DNA of 64,000 bases from the NCBI GenBank assembly GCA_965215015.1, contig OZ244042.1, positions 2,592,001 to 2,656,000 of the forward strand, written 5' to 3'. This document shows, piece after piece, positions 29,768 through 39,301 of the stretch (within the stretch, counting starts at the first letter, position 1; each line of letters starts with the position of its first letter). A program made the translations under genes and the position numbers. This stretch comes from Candidatus Poribacteria bacterium. GTDB lineage: Bacteria; Poribacteria; WGA-4E; PCPOR2b. The notes beneath the pieces are model-generated. The model was not told the DNA's origin, searched no databases, and saw nothing but the letters and a program-made list of their open reading frames with translations.

Positions 29768-30802
29768 CTAGGCAGGGATAATTTGCGTAGGAATAACATC
29801 GGAGGCACTCCCCTGCCGAAATTCAATGGCGGAATCAATTATCTTAAAAATATCAAACTGTGGTTGATAACCGATAAGCCGGGCACCTTTGGTCAGATCA
29901 AACTCATAATAGGTCGGCGTGTTTTCCGCTAATCGAACATCAACGTAATCCACGCCTAGCTTCCGCGCCAAATAAGGCACTGTCTCCTCCCATGTAAAAG
30001 GCTTTGGTCCAGCAAGTTGGAAGGTTTCCCCGTTTGACTCCGATTTGCCGATCGCAGCTAAGAAACCGAGCACGATGTCCCGCACATCTGCGATATGTTT
30101 CTTATACGATCTTCCGTTCTCATCCCGTGCGATTAGCAAACGTTCTCCGGCGTTCCCGAACCCTAGTAATTGTTGGCGGGTTTCAGCGGCGGCACCCGTG
30201 GTTTTGTCTGCGTAGGCGTTCTGCCAATGGTCAAGGCGGAACTGGGAAAAATTCAAGATCTCATCGCCAGCAACCACGAAGGCAAAACGGAAAATTGAAA
30301 TCGGCAGCTGATAGCTCCGATGATACCCACGGCACATCTCTTCTCCAAGTACCTTTGAAAGCGCATACCATCCGCCCGGCTTCTGAGGCATCTCGTCTTC
30401 ACGGATGGGTTCTGACACACCACTGGGAAGGTATTTCTCGTAGGTTGCGTCGGTGCTTACAAAGAAGAAGTGTTTGAGATCATCCGTATTTTCACGCGCA
30501 GCCTCTAGCATGTTGAACGTGCCGCGCGCATTAATCTCGAAATAGTCCTCATTAGAGAAGGGACCCCCGCCTTGGAATGCTGCTCCAAGATGACAAATCG
30601 CTTCTACTCCAGCGACTGCTTTGTTTACATCCGCAGAATTAACTAAGCTTCCCTCAACTAATTCAACCGGAAGCCCTTCAAACTTTTCCAGTCGCAAATC
30701 CTTTTCCCAAACCAATCCGCGGACTTCATGTCCTTCATCAATGAGTGCTTTGGCAAGATTTGCACCAATTCTGCCAGATATGCCGGTAACCAGAATTTTC
30801 AT
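29768..30802 (-). CDS. NAD-dependent epimerase/dehydratase
   Basis: TGISGRIG, YALSK. Confidence 0.88.
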   Translation of the reverse strand: MKILVTGISGRIGANLAKALIDEGHEVRGLVWEKDLRLEKFEGLPVELVEGSLVNSADVNKAVAGVEAICHLGAAFQGGGPFSNEDYFEINARGTFNMLEAARENTDDLKHFFFVSTDATYEKYLPSGVSEPIREDEMPQKPGGWYALSKVLGEEMCRGYHRSYQLPISIFRFAFVVAGDEILNFSQFRLDHWQNAYADKTTGAAAETRQQLLGFGNAGERLLIARDENGRSYKKHIADVRDIVLGFLAAIGKSESNGETFQLAGPKPFTWEETVPYLARKLGVDYVDVRLAENTPTYYEFDLTKGARLIGYQPQFDIFKIIDSAIEFRQGSASDVIPTQIIPA

Positions 30803-30891
30803 AAAAGACCTCTCTCAATTTTATTCCAAACTAAGCCAGTTTTTTGTTTGTGATTTTGACCCTATTTTGTTATTATGTTGTTATATTTTAG

Positions 30892-30994
30892 AGGAGTTAG
30901 GCACTTGAGTGTGTCGTGACGTCATTCAACCCACGATGACCATTGCGCGCCCTTTTCTGGTGTTGACGTTGAACCTTCAACTGCCTAAGACCCA
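30892..30994 (-). mobile_element. MITE, short form (inverted copy of 24595-24698)
   Basis: Reverse complement aligns across the whole ~103 bp with few mismatches. Confidence 0.8.
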
Positions 30995-31000
30995 ATCTTA

Positions 31001-31754
31001 CTAAAGTTTGTACAATTTAGGTGAAAAGGACAGAAAAGAGGGTATCCTTTCAGCAATCCACCACAATTTTGAAAGGAGAGTTATAATGCACCGCATTTTC
31101 TGGCTTGCTGCTATTTTAACACAATTTCGTCCCGTATTCAACCGTCAAAACTTCGACCTGTTTTGCCCCTTCATTGTCGGTCTTATCACTCACCGACCCC
31201 CTGCCACGGTGCCCAGCATTTATCAAGAGGTTCGCCTCAAAAGTGGTTACGGTTCATTGGTAAAGTGTCTCTTCCGTGGCAAATGGGACGGCGATCCGGT
31301 TGCCAAACATCTGATTAAGTTGCTACATAGGGGGTTGCCAACTTCTCTACGTTTACCACGAGCCCCGGGCGATATAGGCCGGGTGCAAACAATTTGGACT
31401 CTATTTCTTTAGAAATCATCGCTCTCCCAAGCGCATCACCAATCTATCAAAGTTTGACTAAAGTATCAATCGAGATGGGTGCAATTCAGTTTCGTGGCAA
31501 ATTGTCTGACCCAATGCCTATTCAACGCCCCTGTGCCCCAGGCATTCCACAATCAAGGGGGTATGCCGGGCATTGGGCATGGATTTTGGTATCGCCCCCG
31601 TAAGTTGACACGTGGGTTGATGATGGAGTACCTGTCTGCCTTAATTGAGAGACGTTTATTTTCGGCGACAACCCCGAAGCGACTCACTCGCTCGATATTC
31701 AACGGCCCCTTAGATAAAGCTGCATCAATCGGATACAAATTGTACAAACTTTAG
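31001..31754 (+). mobile_element. Internally deleted IS701-like element
   Basis: Perfect 18-bp TIR CTAAAGTTTGTACAATTT; TTA on both flanks; transposase N-terminus (from 31086, LTQFRPVF...F.RGKWD) and C-terminal remnant (WY.P..LT). Confidence 0.75.
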
Positions 31755-31800
31755 TTATTTCAATTGAAAAGAGAAATTACACAAAAAAGGATTTGCCATT

Positions 31801-32814
31801 ATGTCTTATAAATATAAAGTGTTGATGACAGACTATGCTTGGCCCTCCGTCGAGCCGGAGCGGCGGGTCTTAGAAGAGATAGGTGCAGAACTAATCGTTG
31901 CGGAGAGCGGAACGGAGACAGAATTTATCGAATTGGCACCTCAAGTCGACGGTATCCTTACCTGTTGGCTCCATGTGACCACGGCGGTCGTTGAGGCTGC
32001 CCAACAATGTAAGATTATCGGTCGGTGTGGAATCGGGCTAGATAACATTGATGTGGAGACAGCGACCGCTCGCGGAATGGTTGTAACGAATGTCCCTGCC
32101 TACTGCATTGATGAAGTTTCCGATCACACGATGGCACTGCTGTTGGCATGTGCTCGAAAAATTAACCTACTAGATCGAACGATTAAAAATGGCAATTGGA
32201 CGCGAGACGTCGGACCATCTATGCGGCGGATTCGTGGACAAAAGTTGGGCATTGTTGGATTTGGCAAAATTGGGAAGGCAATTGTGCCGAAAGCGAAAGC
32301 GTTTGGGCTGGAGGTCTTGATTTATTCACCGCGAGCTACCGAGCAAATCGCAGCGGCACATGGAGTAACGTTAGTGGATTTTTCTGAACTTTTGGCGGAG
32401 TCTGATTTCATCACCATCCATGCACCGTTGAACCCCGAAACCCAGGGACTGTTCAATGAAGAAGTATTCCATCGGATGAAGCCGACAGCTTATATCCTCA
32501 ATACAGCGCGGGGAGGGATTATCAAAACCGACGCGCTTTATAACGCGCTTACGGGAGGAGAAATTGCGGGAGCGGGGTTGGATGTTTTGCCAGAAGAGCC
32601 GCCGCAGTCTGATGAGCCGCTGCTTGCGTTGGACAATGCGATTCTGACACCACATGCAGCGTTTACTTCCGAGGAGTCAACTTATGATCTCGAAGTGACA
32701 GCGGCGGCAGAGGTTGCAAGAGTCTTAACGGGACAGATGCCTGAATCGGTAGTTAATCCAGAGGTCTTGAGCAGCCCAGTACTTCGTGCCACAGCACTCG
32801 CTCAACGACAATAA
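31801..32814 (+). CDS. D-isomer-specific 2-hydroxyacid dehydrogenase (CtBP/SerA-like)
   Basis: G.G.DN.D, GFGKIG, NTARG, LDV..EP, TPH.A. Confidence 0.9.
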   Translation: MSYKYKVLMTDYAWPSVEPERRVLEEIGAELIVAESGTETEFIELAPQVDGILTCWLHVTTAVVEAAQQCKIIGRCGIGLDNIDVETATARGMVVTNVPAYCIDEVSDHTMALLLACARKINLLDRTIKNGNWTRDVGPSMRRIRGQKLGIVGFGKIGKAIVPKAKAFGLEVLIYSPRATEQIAAAHGVTLVDFSELLAESDFITIHAPLNPETQGLFNEEVFHRMKPTAYILNTARGGIIKTDALYNALTGGEIAGAGLDVLPEEPPQSDEPLLALDNAILTPHAAFTSEESTYDLEVTAAAEVARVLTGQMPESVVNPEVLSSPVLRATALAQRQ

Positions 32815-32833
32815 TCAGTTCAAGGAAATAGGG

Positions 32834-33631
32834 ATGAAATCTTTCAAAGACGCAACGGTCCTGGTCACCGGTGCCTCGTCCGGTATCGGCGAAGCGTTTG
32901 CCCGCAACCTTGCAAATCGGGGAGCTAATTTAATCCTGACAGCACGCTCAGAGGATAAACTCCATCAACTCGCCACCGAGTTATCGGAACAATACGCTAT
33001 CAAAGTCCACGTGTTTCCTGGAGATCTCAGCCAGCCGGATACGCCTCAACATTTGTGGGCGCAGGTTCAATCTACATCGGTCTCGGTCAATGTGTTGATA
33101 AATAACGCCGGTTTTGGAAAGTGTGGGCCGTTCTTAGAGTACGACTATCAAAGCTACCAAGATATGTTGAACCTCAATATCAAAGCGTTGGTAGGTTTGA
33201 CCCATCTCTTTCTGCCTTCAATGTTGAAGAAGGGAGATGGCGGCGTTATCAATGTCGCGTCAACGGCCGCGTTCCAGCCAATCCCTTACCTCGCCACCTA
33301 CAGTGCCACGAAGGCATTTGTCCTCGGTTTCTCAGAATCACTCTGGGGAGAGTATAACGAGCGTGGCTTGACGGTGCTCGCGCTCTGTCCCGGTAATACC
33401 TCTACCAATTTCGCTGATGTTGCCAATGCGGACGTAACGAGGATGACCAGAGCGGAAGTCCCCGAAATAGTGGTTGAGGCAGGCTTGAAAGCCTTTTTGA
33501 GGGGACGCAACTATGTGATTCCGGGGAGGAGTGTCAATTATCTGCTAGCAAATTTGTCTCGGCTATTGCCGCGTCGCCGCGTGCTTGGGATAACATCGGA
33601 TATATTCAAACCGGATATTCCAAAAATGTGA
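32834..33631 (+). CDS. Short-chain dehydrogenase/reductase
   Basis: TGASSGIG, NNAG, YSATK; ATG at 32834 preferred. Confidence 0.9.
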   Translation: MKSFKDATVLVTGASSGIGEAFARNLANRGANLILTARSEDKLHQLATELSEQYAIKVHVFPGDLSQPDTPQHLWAQVQSTSVSVNVLINNAGFGKCGPFLEYDYQSYQDMLNLNIKALVGLTHLFLPSMLKKGDGGVINVASTAAFQPIPYLATYSATKAFVLGFSESLWGEYNERGLTVLALCPGNTSTNFADVANADVTRMTRAEVPEIVVEAGLKAFLRGRNYVIPGRSVNYLLANLSRLLPRRRVLGITSDIFKPDIPKM

Positions 33632-33869
33632 TATTCATGTTAAGAGAAAGTGCTGAACAAAGATACCCGGGACATCGCGCAACAGTGTCGGATATGCTGT
33701 CGCGGAACATACTAGATATTTTCAATTCACCAAATACCAGAGCCCAACACGATTGGTATTTGCCCCCTCCCCTCACCTGCGGGGGGATTCGAGGGGGGGG
33801 CGGAAAAACTGGGGTTCTTTGCACTATTACTTAACACAAGCAAAATGTGATATGCACTACCGAATCGAG

Positions 33870-34982
33870 CTACTGTGATTTTCCCCTTGCAGCAATCTCC
33901 CAAACGTCCTCGACAATCCCGTTGCGAACGGCGTAAAACTGGTCATGGAGATTTACCGTTGTGCAGCAGTGCGTTGGTAAGAGTTCGATCTTATCGCCGG
34001 GCTTGAGCATAACGCTTGGATCCGCTGTTAGATTCCCGTGTTCTTCCGACAACCCTCGCATCTCTAAGCCTTCAACCCCCACCGGCTGCGGTGTACCAGA
34101 GTCGCTTGTCAACACCTTTGCGCCTGCATCAACGATGACGCGTGTCGGATGCGGGCGACTCACGACCGTTGTCAACATGGTGAGGGCGCATCCAAACGCC
34201 TCGCCGATACCTTCAACTTCCCGATAACTTGAATCGATAAAGACATAAGACCCCGCTTGGATTTCCGTCATCTCCGGGTAAGCACCGGTAATCTCATAGG
34301 TGCCTGTGCCACCGCCGCTCATAATCTTGACAGGGACACCGTTCTGTTCAAGAAAATGTTTGGTGCCAATAAGCATCTCAACGGATTCGCCCGTCAAACT
34401 TTTGCGTTCGGCGAAAGTCGGCGTGATGACGGTATGCCCCTCATAACCCATCAGTCCTTCAAATTTGAGACACTTCGATTGCAAGATGTGACGCGCGAGA
34501 TCCAGCGTCGGTCGCCCCGGCTCGGTCCCACACCGGTTCATGCCGGAGTTAACCTCGATAAGGACGCGCAGCGTTATGCCCTTCGCTTCCGCAGCCGCAG
34601 AGAGCTGATCAACGTTATGCGCGTCATCAACAGCAACCATAATCTCCGAGTGTTTGGCAAGGTTAATCAGACGCGCGATCTTTTGTTTCCCAACAATCTG
34701 ATTGGCAATGAGCACGTCGCGGATGCCCGCGTGGATCATCGCTTCTGCCTCACCGAGTTTGGCACAGGTCATACCGATTGCCCCCGCCTCTATCTGTTTA
34801 TGGGCAATAATCGGGGTCTTATGCGTTTTGACGTGCGGCCGGAGGTCTGCATTGACCGTTTTGAAAAAGTCCGCCATCTTTTGGATATTGGCTTCCATAA
34901 TATCTACATCAATCAGCAGCACTGGTGTATCAATTTCTTCCTTGGGGGTGCCGATAAACACATCAAGGTTGGGTGCTGACAT
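33870..34982 (-). CDS. DSD1/D-threonine aldolase-family PLP enzyme
   Basis: RPH.KTHK, GYEGH, GGGTGT, SEEHG, HCCTTVN. Confidence 0.88.
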   Translation of the reverse strand: MSAPNLDVFIGTPKEEIDTPVLLIDVDIMEANIQKMADFFKTVNADLRPHVKTHKTPIIAHKQIEAGAIGMTCAKLGEAEAMIHAGIRDVLIANQIVGKQKIARLINLAKHSEIMVAVDDAHNVDQLSAAAEAKGITLRVLIEVNSGMNRCGTEPGRPTLDLARHILQSKCLKFEGLMGYEGHTVITPTFAERKSLTGESVEMLIGTKHFLEQNGVPVKIMSGGGTGTYEITGAYPEMTEIQAGSYVFIDSSYREVEGIGEAFGCALTMLTTVVSRPHPTRVIVDAGAKVLTSDSGTPQPVGVEGLEMRGLSEEHGNLTADPSVMLKPGDKIELLPTHCCTTVNLHDQFYAVRNGIVEDVWEIAARGKSQ

Positions 34983-35110
34983 CGGTTTATCTCCTATTTT
35001 CTTATCTTCTTTATCGAATACCGGTTGAAATTCTCATCGCGGGGACAGTATTTTCAGACCTCTTTCAGTTTCTCTTTGGCATGAGTCGATAGGGGCATTT
35101 CCCTGAATTT

Positions 35111-35345
35111 AACGCAAAGTCGCACCCTCTGCGTCCCCCGCTTGCGGCGGAATTCGAGGGGGTGCCCCGCCAGAGGGAATGCTTACCGCATCGTGGATTC
35201 ACGGTTTCATCAGGAGAGAGGCTAAGCAATCAACCTCCCCTTCCCTGACGAAGAGGAAAACGGAAGCCGGTTCTCTCGCTTTCTCATTTTCTAATTCTCC
35301 CATTTTCTTTTTTTTTGCAGCTTTACCCCCTTGCGGCTTTGCGTT
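35111..35345. repeat. Composite repeat bounded by inverted AACGCAAAG.CGCA
   Basis: Inverted ends at 35111-35124 and 35332-35345; contains a GC core and a module shared with 59487 and 60016-60130. Confidence 0.6.
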
Positions 35346-35362
35346 TTATTAAAAGCCAGTAA

Positions 35363-36265
35363 CTACTTATTCCATTCTTTTTTTGGTGCATTTTTGAGCA
35401 CCTTTTCGAGTATCTCTGCTTTGGCACGATCTGCCTCGGCACGTTTCATGTCACCTTTGGAAACATAAGCCAATCCACGAAGGAAATGCACCTGGTGGGT
35501 GTTGAAATCATCGGATTTTAGTTGTATTGCTTGGGTCAAGTTAGCAATAGCTTTATCATGATCGCCAGCAAATAAGTAGGATTTCCCGAGTCCAACATAA
35601 GCATCAGCGAGGTTCGGATCCAGTCCTATCGCTTTGTCAAAATCGGCAATAGCACTCTCCTCATCGCCTTTATCACCCCTTAGCTGGTAAGCCTGCCCGC
35701 GCCAAGTATAGGCATCGGTATAATCAGGCTGCAGCACTATTGCGTCGGTAAAATCGAAAACGGCGCGGTAGTAACTGCCTTTTTTCAAGTAAGCTTGCCC
35801 GCGCAAGGCGTAGGCATTAGCATCATCGGGCTGCAGCTCTATCAATTTGGTAAAGGCTGCGACGGCTCTCTTATAATCGCGTTTGTCATGATAAGCCTGC
35901 CCGCGCAAGAGATGAGCAATGGTATGATTGGGTTCACGTTTTATCACTTGAGTTAGGTCTGAAATGGCGTGATCAGCATCGCCTTTCGCACCCCTTGAAT
36001 GGTAAGCCTTTCCACGAAAATAATAAGCATCGGTGAAATCAGGCTTTAGTGCTATGGCTGTAGTAAATTCTTTGATGGCGTTATCATAATCACTTTTTTT
36101 ATCGTAAGCCACGCCGCGCCGAAAATAAGCATTGGCATCTAGTGGCCCCTGCTTTATCAGTTCGGTTAGCTCTGTAATGAAGCGCACCAGACTTGATTGA
36201 GCCACCGAACCTGTGAGGAGGAAGATTAAGAATGTGAGAGTTGGGGCAATGTATTTGGGTCTCAT
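35363..36265 (-). CDS. Secreted tetratricopeptide-repeat protein
   Basis: Signal peptide plus about seven 'AY..RG.AY...AI.DF..AI.L.P' repeats. Confidence 0.9.
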   Translation of the reverse strand: MRPKYIAPTLTFLIFLLTGSVAQSSLVRFITELTELIKQGPLDANAYFRRGVAYDKKSDYDNAIKEFTTAIALKPDFTDAYYFRGKAYHSRGAKGDADHAISDLTQVIKREPNHTIAHLLRGQAYHDKRDYKRAVAAFTKLIELQPDDANAYALRGQAYLKKGSYYRAVFDFTDAIVLQPDYTDAYTWRGQAYQLRGDKGDEESAIADFDKAIGLDPNLADAYVGLGKSYLFAGDHDKAIANLTQAIQLKSDDFNTHQVHFLRGLAYVSKGDMKRAEADRAKAEILEKVLKNAPKKEWNK

Positions 36266-36284
36266 GAGGAATCTCCTTTCGCTT

Positions 36285-36532
36285 TCAGTTGCCTTTTCTG
36301 GGAGAATCTACGCAGCGCAAACAAAACAGAATCAAAGCGATAATCAGGGAGCCAATCAAAGAAACAACATCAGGATAGGGCAGGAACTCATTCAGTTTCT
36401 CCATAACTTTAGCATAGTCTGCTGTGGCGCGGACATTATCACCTTTTTGTTTGTAAGCGTCTCCGCGAAACCTATAAACGAAGGAATCATCTGGGCAAAT
36501 CCTATGGCTTTGGTACAGTCTAAGATGGCTCT
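36285..36532 (-). pseudogene. C-terminal remnant of a TPR membrane protein, truncated at an IS end
   Basis: RAILDCTKAI/frameshift/PDDSFVYRFRGDAYKQKGD plus a TM tail; begins at the IS right end. Confidence 0.6.
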
Positions 36533-36920
36533 TTGACATACTCCCAAGCCTAAAGGGTTGGGATTCTTACTTGTTCCTTTAGGAGTGGAATTGTGTGATT
36601 CGCAAGGTACGCTCCGATTTATCGGAGACTGACGGCCTCTCCTGCAAGGGTAAACGCCCCTACCCGATGGATATTGATTGCCCCACAGGCATGACAAGTC
36701 TTTGATGAAGGATATACCATTTATCAATGAAACGGGGTCTCTATCCTTCTTTTAGGTAAGGATGTGGGAAGCACCACCAAGCCGTGGTGGGATACCTGCC
36801 CCCGAAAGCCGAAAAAAAATTATCTCATATTTCACTGACACAATTAATAAAAATCTGCTAAAACGAGTATGTTACCTCCAAAGGTAAACCTTTGGGGTTT
36901 AACCCTAAAGGAAACTATCG
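36533..36920 (-). mobile_element. Non-autonomous mini IS605 element B with tnpB 3' remnant and omega-RNA region
   Basis: Left end TTAG|...AAAC-CCCAAAGGTTTACCTTTGGAGG; remnant FIDKWY/SSKTCHACGAINIHRVGAFTLAGEAVSLR*; right end GAAT-CCCAACCCTTTAGGCTTGGGAGTATGTCAA. Confidence 0.85.
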
Positions 36921-37922
36921 CTAAAGCTGCTTAACGGGGTTGGAGAGTTTTCCCAGTCCATCCACCTCAATTTCCACAACATCACCGGGTGCTAGCGGCA
37001 GGTCGTTCGGCACGATGATGCCGGTGCCGGTAGAGACAACTGTTCCAACCGGGACGGGGTTATCTCGGCAAAGGAATTCGGTGAGTTCCTCAAACTTCCA
37101 ATTAATTTGGGATGTGTTCACACCACCTTCATAGATTGAACTCTCGTTTCGGATAACTGTGCATTTGATGTTTAGGTTATAGGGATCATCCACTTCAGAG
37201 GCAGTTACGACCATTGGACCGAGGGCACAACAACCGTAGAAAACTTTCGACTGCGGCAGGTAAAGGGGATTGTCTCGCTCAATGTCCCATGCGGAGACAT
37301 CGTTACAAATCGTGTAACCAACAATTTCCCCCTCTTCGCCGAGGATATATGCCAACTCCGGTTCAGTTGCCGTGAGTATGGAGTCGCTCCGGATACCGAT
37401 GAAGCCGTTGGGACCGACACACCGGGCGGGAGTTGCCTTGAAGAAAATCTCGGGCCGGTCTGCGTTATAGACACGGCTATATATATCTTGATCGCTGTCG
37501 TCATCCCGCATATCGGCACTGCGTTTGTAGGTCACACCACAGCCCCACACCTCCGGTGGGTCCAGAGGAGATAAGAGATGAGGCACCTTCAGGTCTGGCA
37601 CCACGTCGAGCGTGGCAAATTTGAGCTTGTCTTCCTCCGCTCGCGCCGGTAGGGGGGCCTGAGCTGTCGCACTGGAGACACGTTCTTGGATATCGGCGAG
37701 CAGAATCCCCATGCTCACCCCCTCCTCATAGGAGAGTTGGATCAACTCTAACACACCCGGTGACTCATTGCTCGTAACATCAATAACGATATCGTCCGGC
37801 TCAACGGATCGGCTGAGTAAGCCGCGATCTCCGTCGCTGGTGATATCGGTAACAACATCGCTTCGTGTCACAACACCGACACGCTTACCTTGACCCGGTT
37901 GATGAAATTGTATAAGTCTCAT
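36921..37922 (-). CDS. Fumarylacetoacetate hydrolase-family protein (2-keto-3-deoxy-pentonate dehydratase-like)
   Basis: EVWGCGVTY.RS, RPEIFFK, PEL, NDVS..DIE..NPLYLPQ.K, TGTGI. Confidence 0.85.
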   Translation of the reverse strand: MRLIQFHQPGQGKRVGVVTRSDVVTDITSDGDRGLLSRSVEPDDIVIDVTSNESPGVLELIQLSYEEGVSMGILLADIQERVSSATAQAPLPARAEEDKLKFATLDVVPDLKVPHLLSPLDPPEVWGCGVTYKRSADMRDDDSDQDIYSRVYNADRPEIFFKATPARCVGPNGFIGIRSDSILTATEPELAYILGEEGEIVGYTICNDVSAWDIERDNPLYLPQSKVFYGCCALGPMVVTASEVDDPYNLNIKCTVIRNESSIYEGGVNTSQINWKFEELTEFLCRDNPVPVGTVVSTGTGIIVPNDLPLAPGDVVEIEVDGLGKLSNPVKQL

Positions 37923-37970
37923 ACTTTTTCCTATCTCTCTTTTTCCTATCTCTAAAAATTGAAATGATGC

Positions 37971-38262
37971 AGAAGTTACGCACTTCGCTTGCGAAAATCT
38001 TTCCTATTTCGTACTGGGTGAGTAGGGAACGCAAATCTACATTCCCTACTTACATGACAATTGCAATCCAATAGTGGCACAGCTTCTGATCCGGTCGGGA
38101 GGTGCCTGCCCTTGATGAAATCAGAGTTGCTAATCTGTATCCCTAATCTGTATCACTGTGCAGATTAGGAAATCTGCGCCCACGAGGGTGTTAAATTCTG
38201 GCTAGGTAGGGGCGAGGTCACCTTGCTCGTACAGGGCATTTATATCAACTGCACAAATCCTA
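37971..38262 (-). mobile_element. Degenerate MITE-family copy with several different REP-like hairpins
   Basis: Ends AGAAGTTACGCACTT and TCAACTGCACAAATCCTA; inside are GTAGGGAACG..CATTCCCTAC, GTGCAGATTAGGAAATCTGCGC and GTAGGGGCGAGGTCACCTTGC. Confidence 0.55.
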
Positions 38263-38419
38263 CGATTTATAAATTTGGACTGTGAATTTTCTTAGCATAC
38301 ACTAACGTAGTTTGGAAAGCAAGTCCTTTTTCCGCTATCACTATATTCGTGGTCCCGCTATGACTATTGTGACGCTTAGATTACGGATAATCCTATCTAT
38401 CACGTTTCACACATTAGTG

Positions 38420-39286
38420 TTACAACAGCAAACGATAGAGGTGCGGTGCAGCCCCAAAGACAACTACCGCCAAGGCTGTCCCAACGATGGCGTCAACTGC
38501 ATAATGAAACCGTCCGTAGACTGTCCCGACAACCAATCCAATACCAAATGGACACAGGACTGTAAAAGCCATCGGGTGATAACGGGCGGCGTAGAGGACT
38601 ACAATGACGCCAATCGCACAGTGGGAACTTGGGAACGCCGTGCCTTTAGACGATGCACCGGAAAGGATCCTGTGTACCAGTTGGAAAACATAACCCTCCG
38701 CGAGCGGGCCGCTAATTTTCTCAAACTTGTAGCGCGGTCCCATGACCGGCATAAGGATGTACCAAAGGAGACATAAATTGAAGGTCAGTACCTCCACAAA
38801 AACGACTTCGTGAAATACTTCATGCCTACCCTGGAAGTAAAGCACTGTGGCAAGCCCGAAAACAATGGGATAGTAGCTGAAATAGCACAGATGTAACGAC
38901 TCCGAAAGCCACTTCGACGGAAAATACCCACTTAGATAGACACTCGGTTGCCCATTGAATAACCGCTCCTCCCACTCTATAATTTTATCATCGAAATATC
39001 TTCCCAGCACCATCTGTGTCAGCGACGGTATCTCCAAGTAGAAAACGGGAATCGTCGCAAGGGGATACCAGTCACGTAATATTTGAGGCAGGGGGGGCAA
39101 AGAATCTTTGGGGATGAAAGTCAGCGAGAGAATACCGAATATACCCCCTGCATGACCCACTACATAGATGCCCCACCATCGCAAGTTTTTATGAAAGATG
39201 CAGGCAAGTACACCGGTGATTGCGAGATAAAAGATTGTGATCCAGTCAGATGGGCGGAGGGCGTTGACAATGTTGGAATCGTACAT
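38420..39286 (-). CDS. PAP2-superfamily membrane phosphatase/phosphotransferase (AUR1/PAP2_3-like)
   Basis: Multiple TM segments; P..GPR, AFPSSH and HYAVD motifs. Confidence 0.85.
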   Translation of the reverse strand: MYDSNIVNALRPSDWITIFYLAITGVLACIFHKNLRWWGIYVVGHAGGIFGILSLTFIPKDSLPPLPQILRDWYPLATIPVFYLEIPSLTQMVLGRYFDDKIIEWEERLFNGQPSVYLSGYFPSKWLSESLHLCYFSYYPIVFGLATVLYFQGRHEVFHEVVFVEVLTFNLCLLWYILMPVMGPRYKFEKISGPLAEGYVFQLVHRILSGASSKGTAFPSSHCAIGVIVVLYAARYHPMAFTVLCPFGIGLVVGTVYGRFHYAVDAIVGTALAVVVFGAAPHLYRLLL

Positions 39287-39301
39287 AGGCAGATTGATAC
39301 A

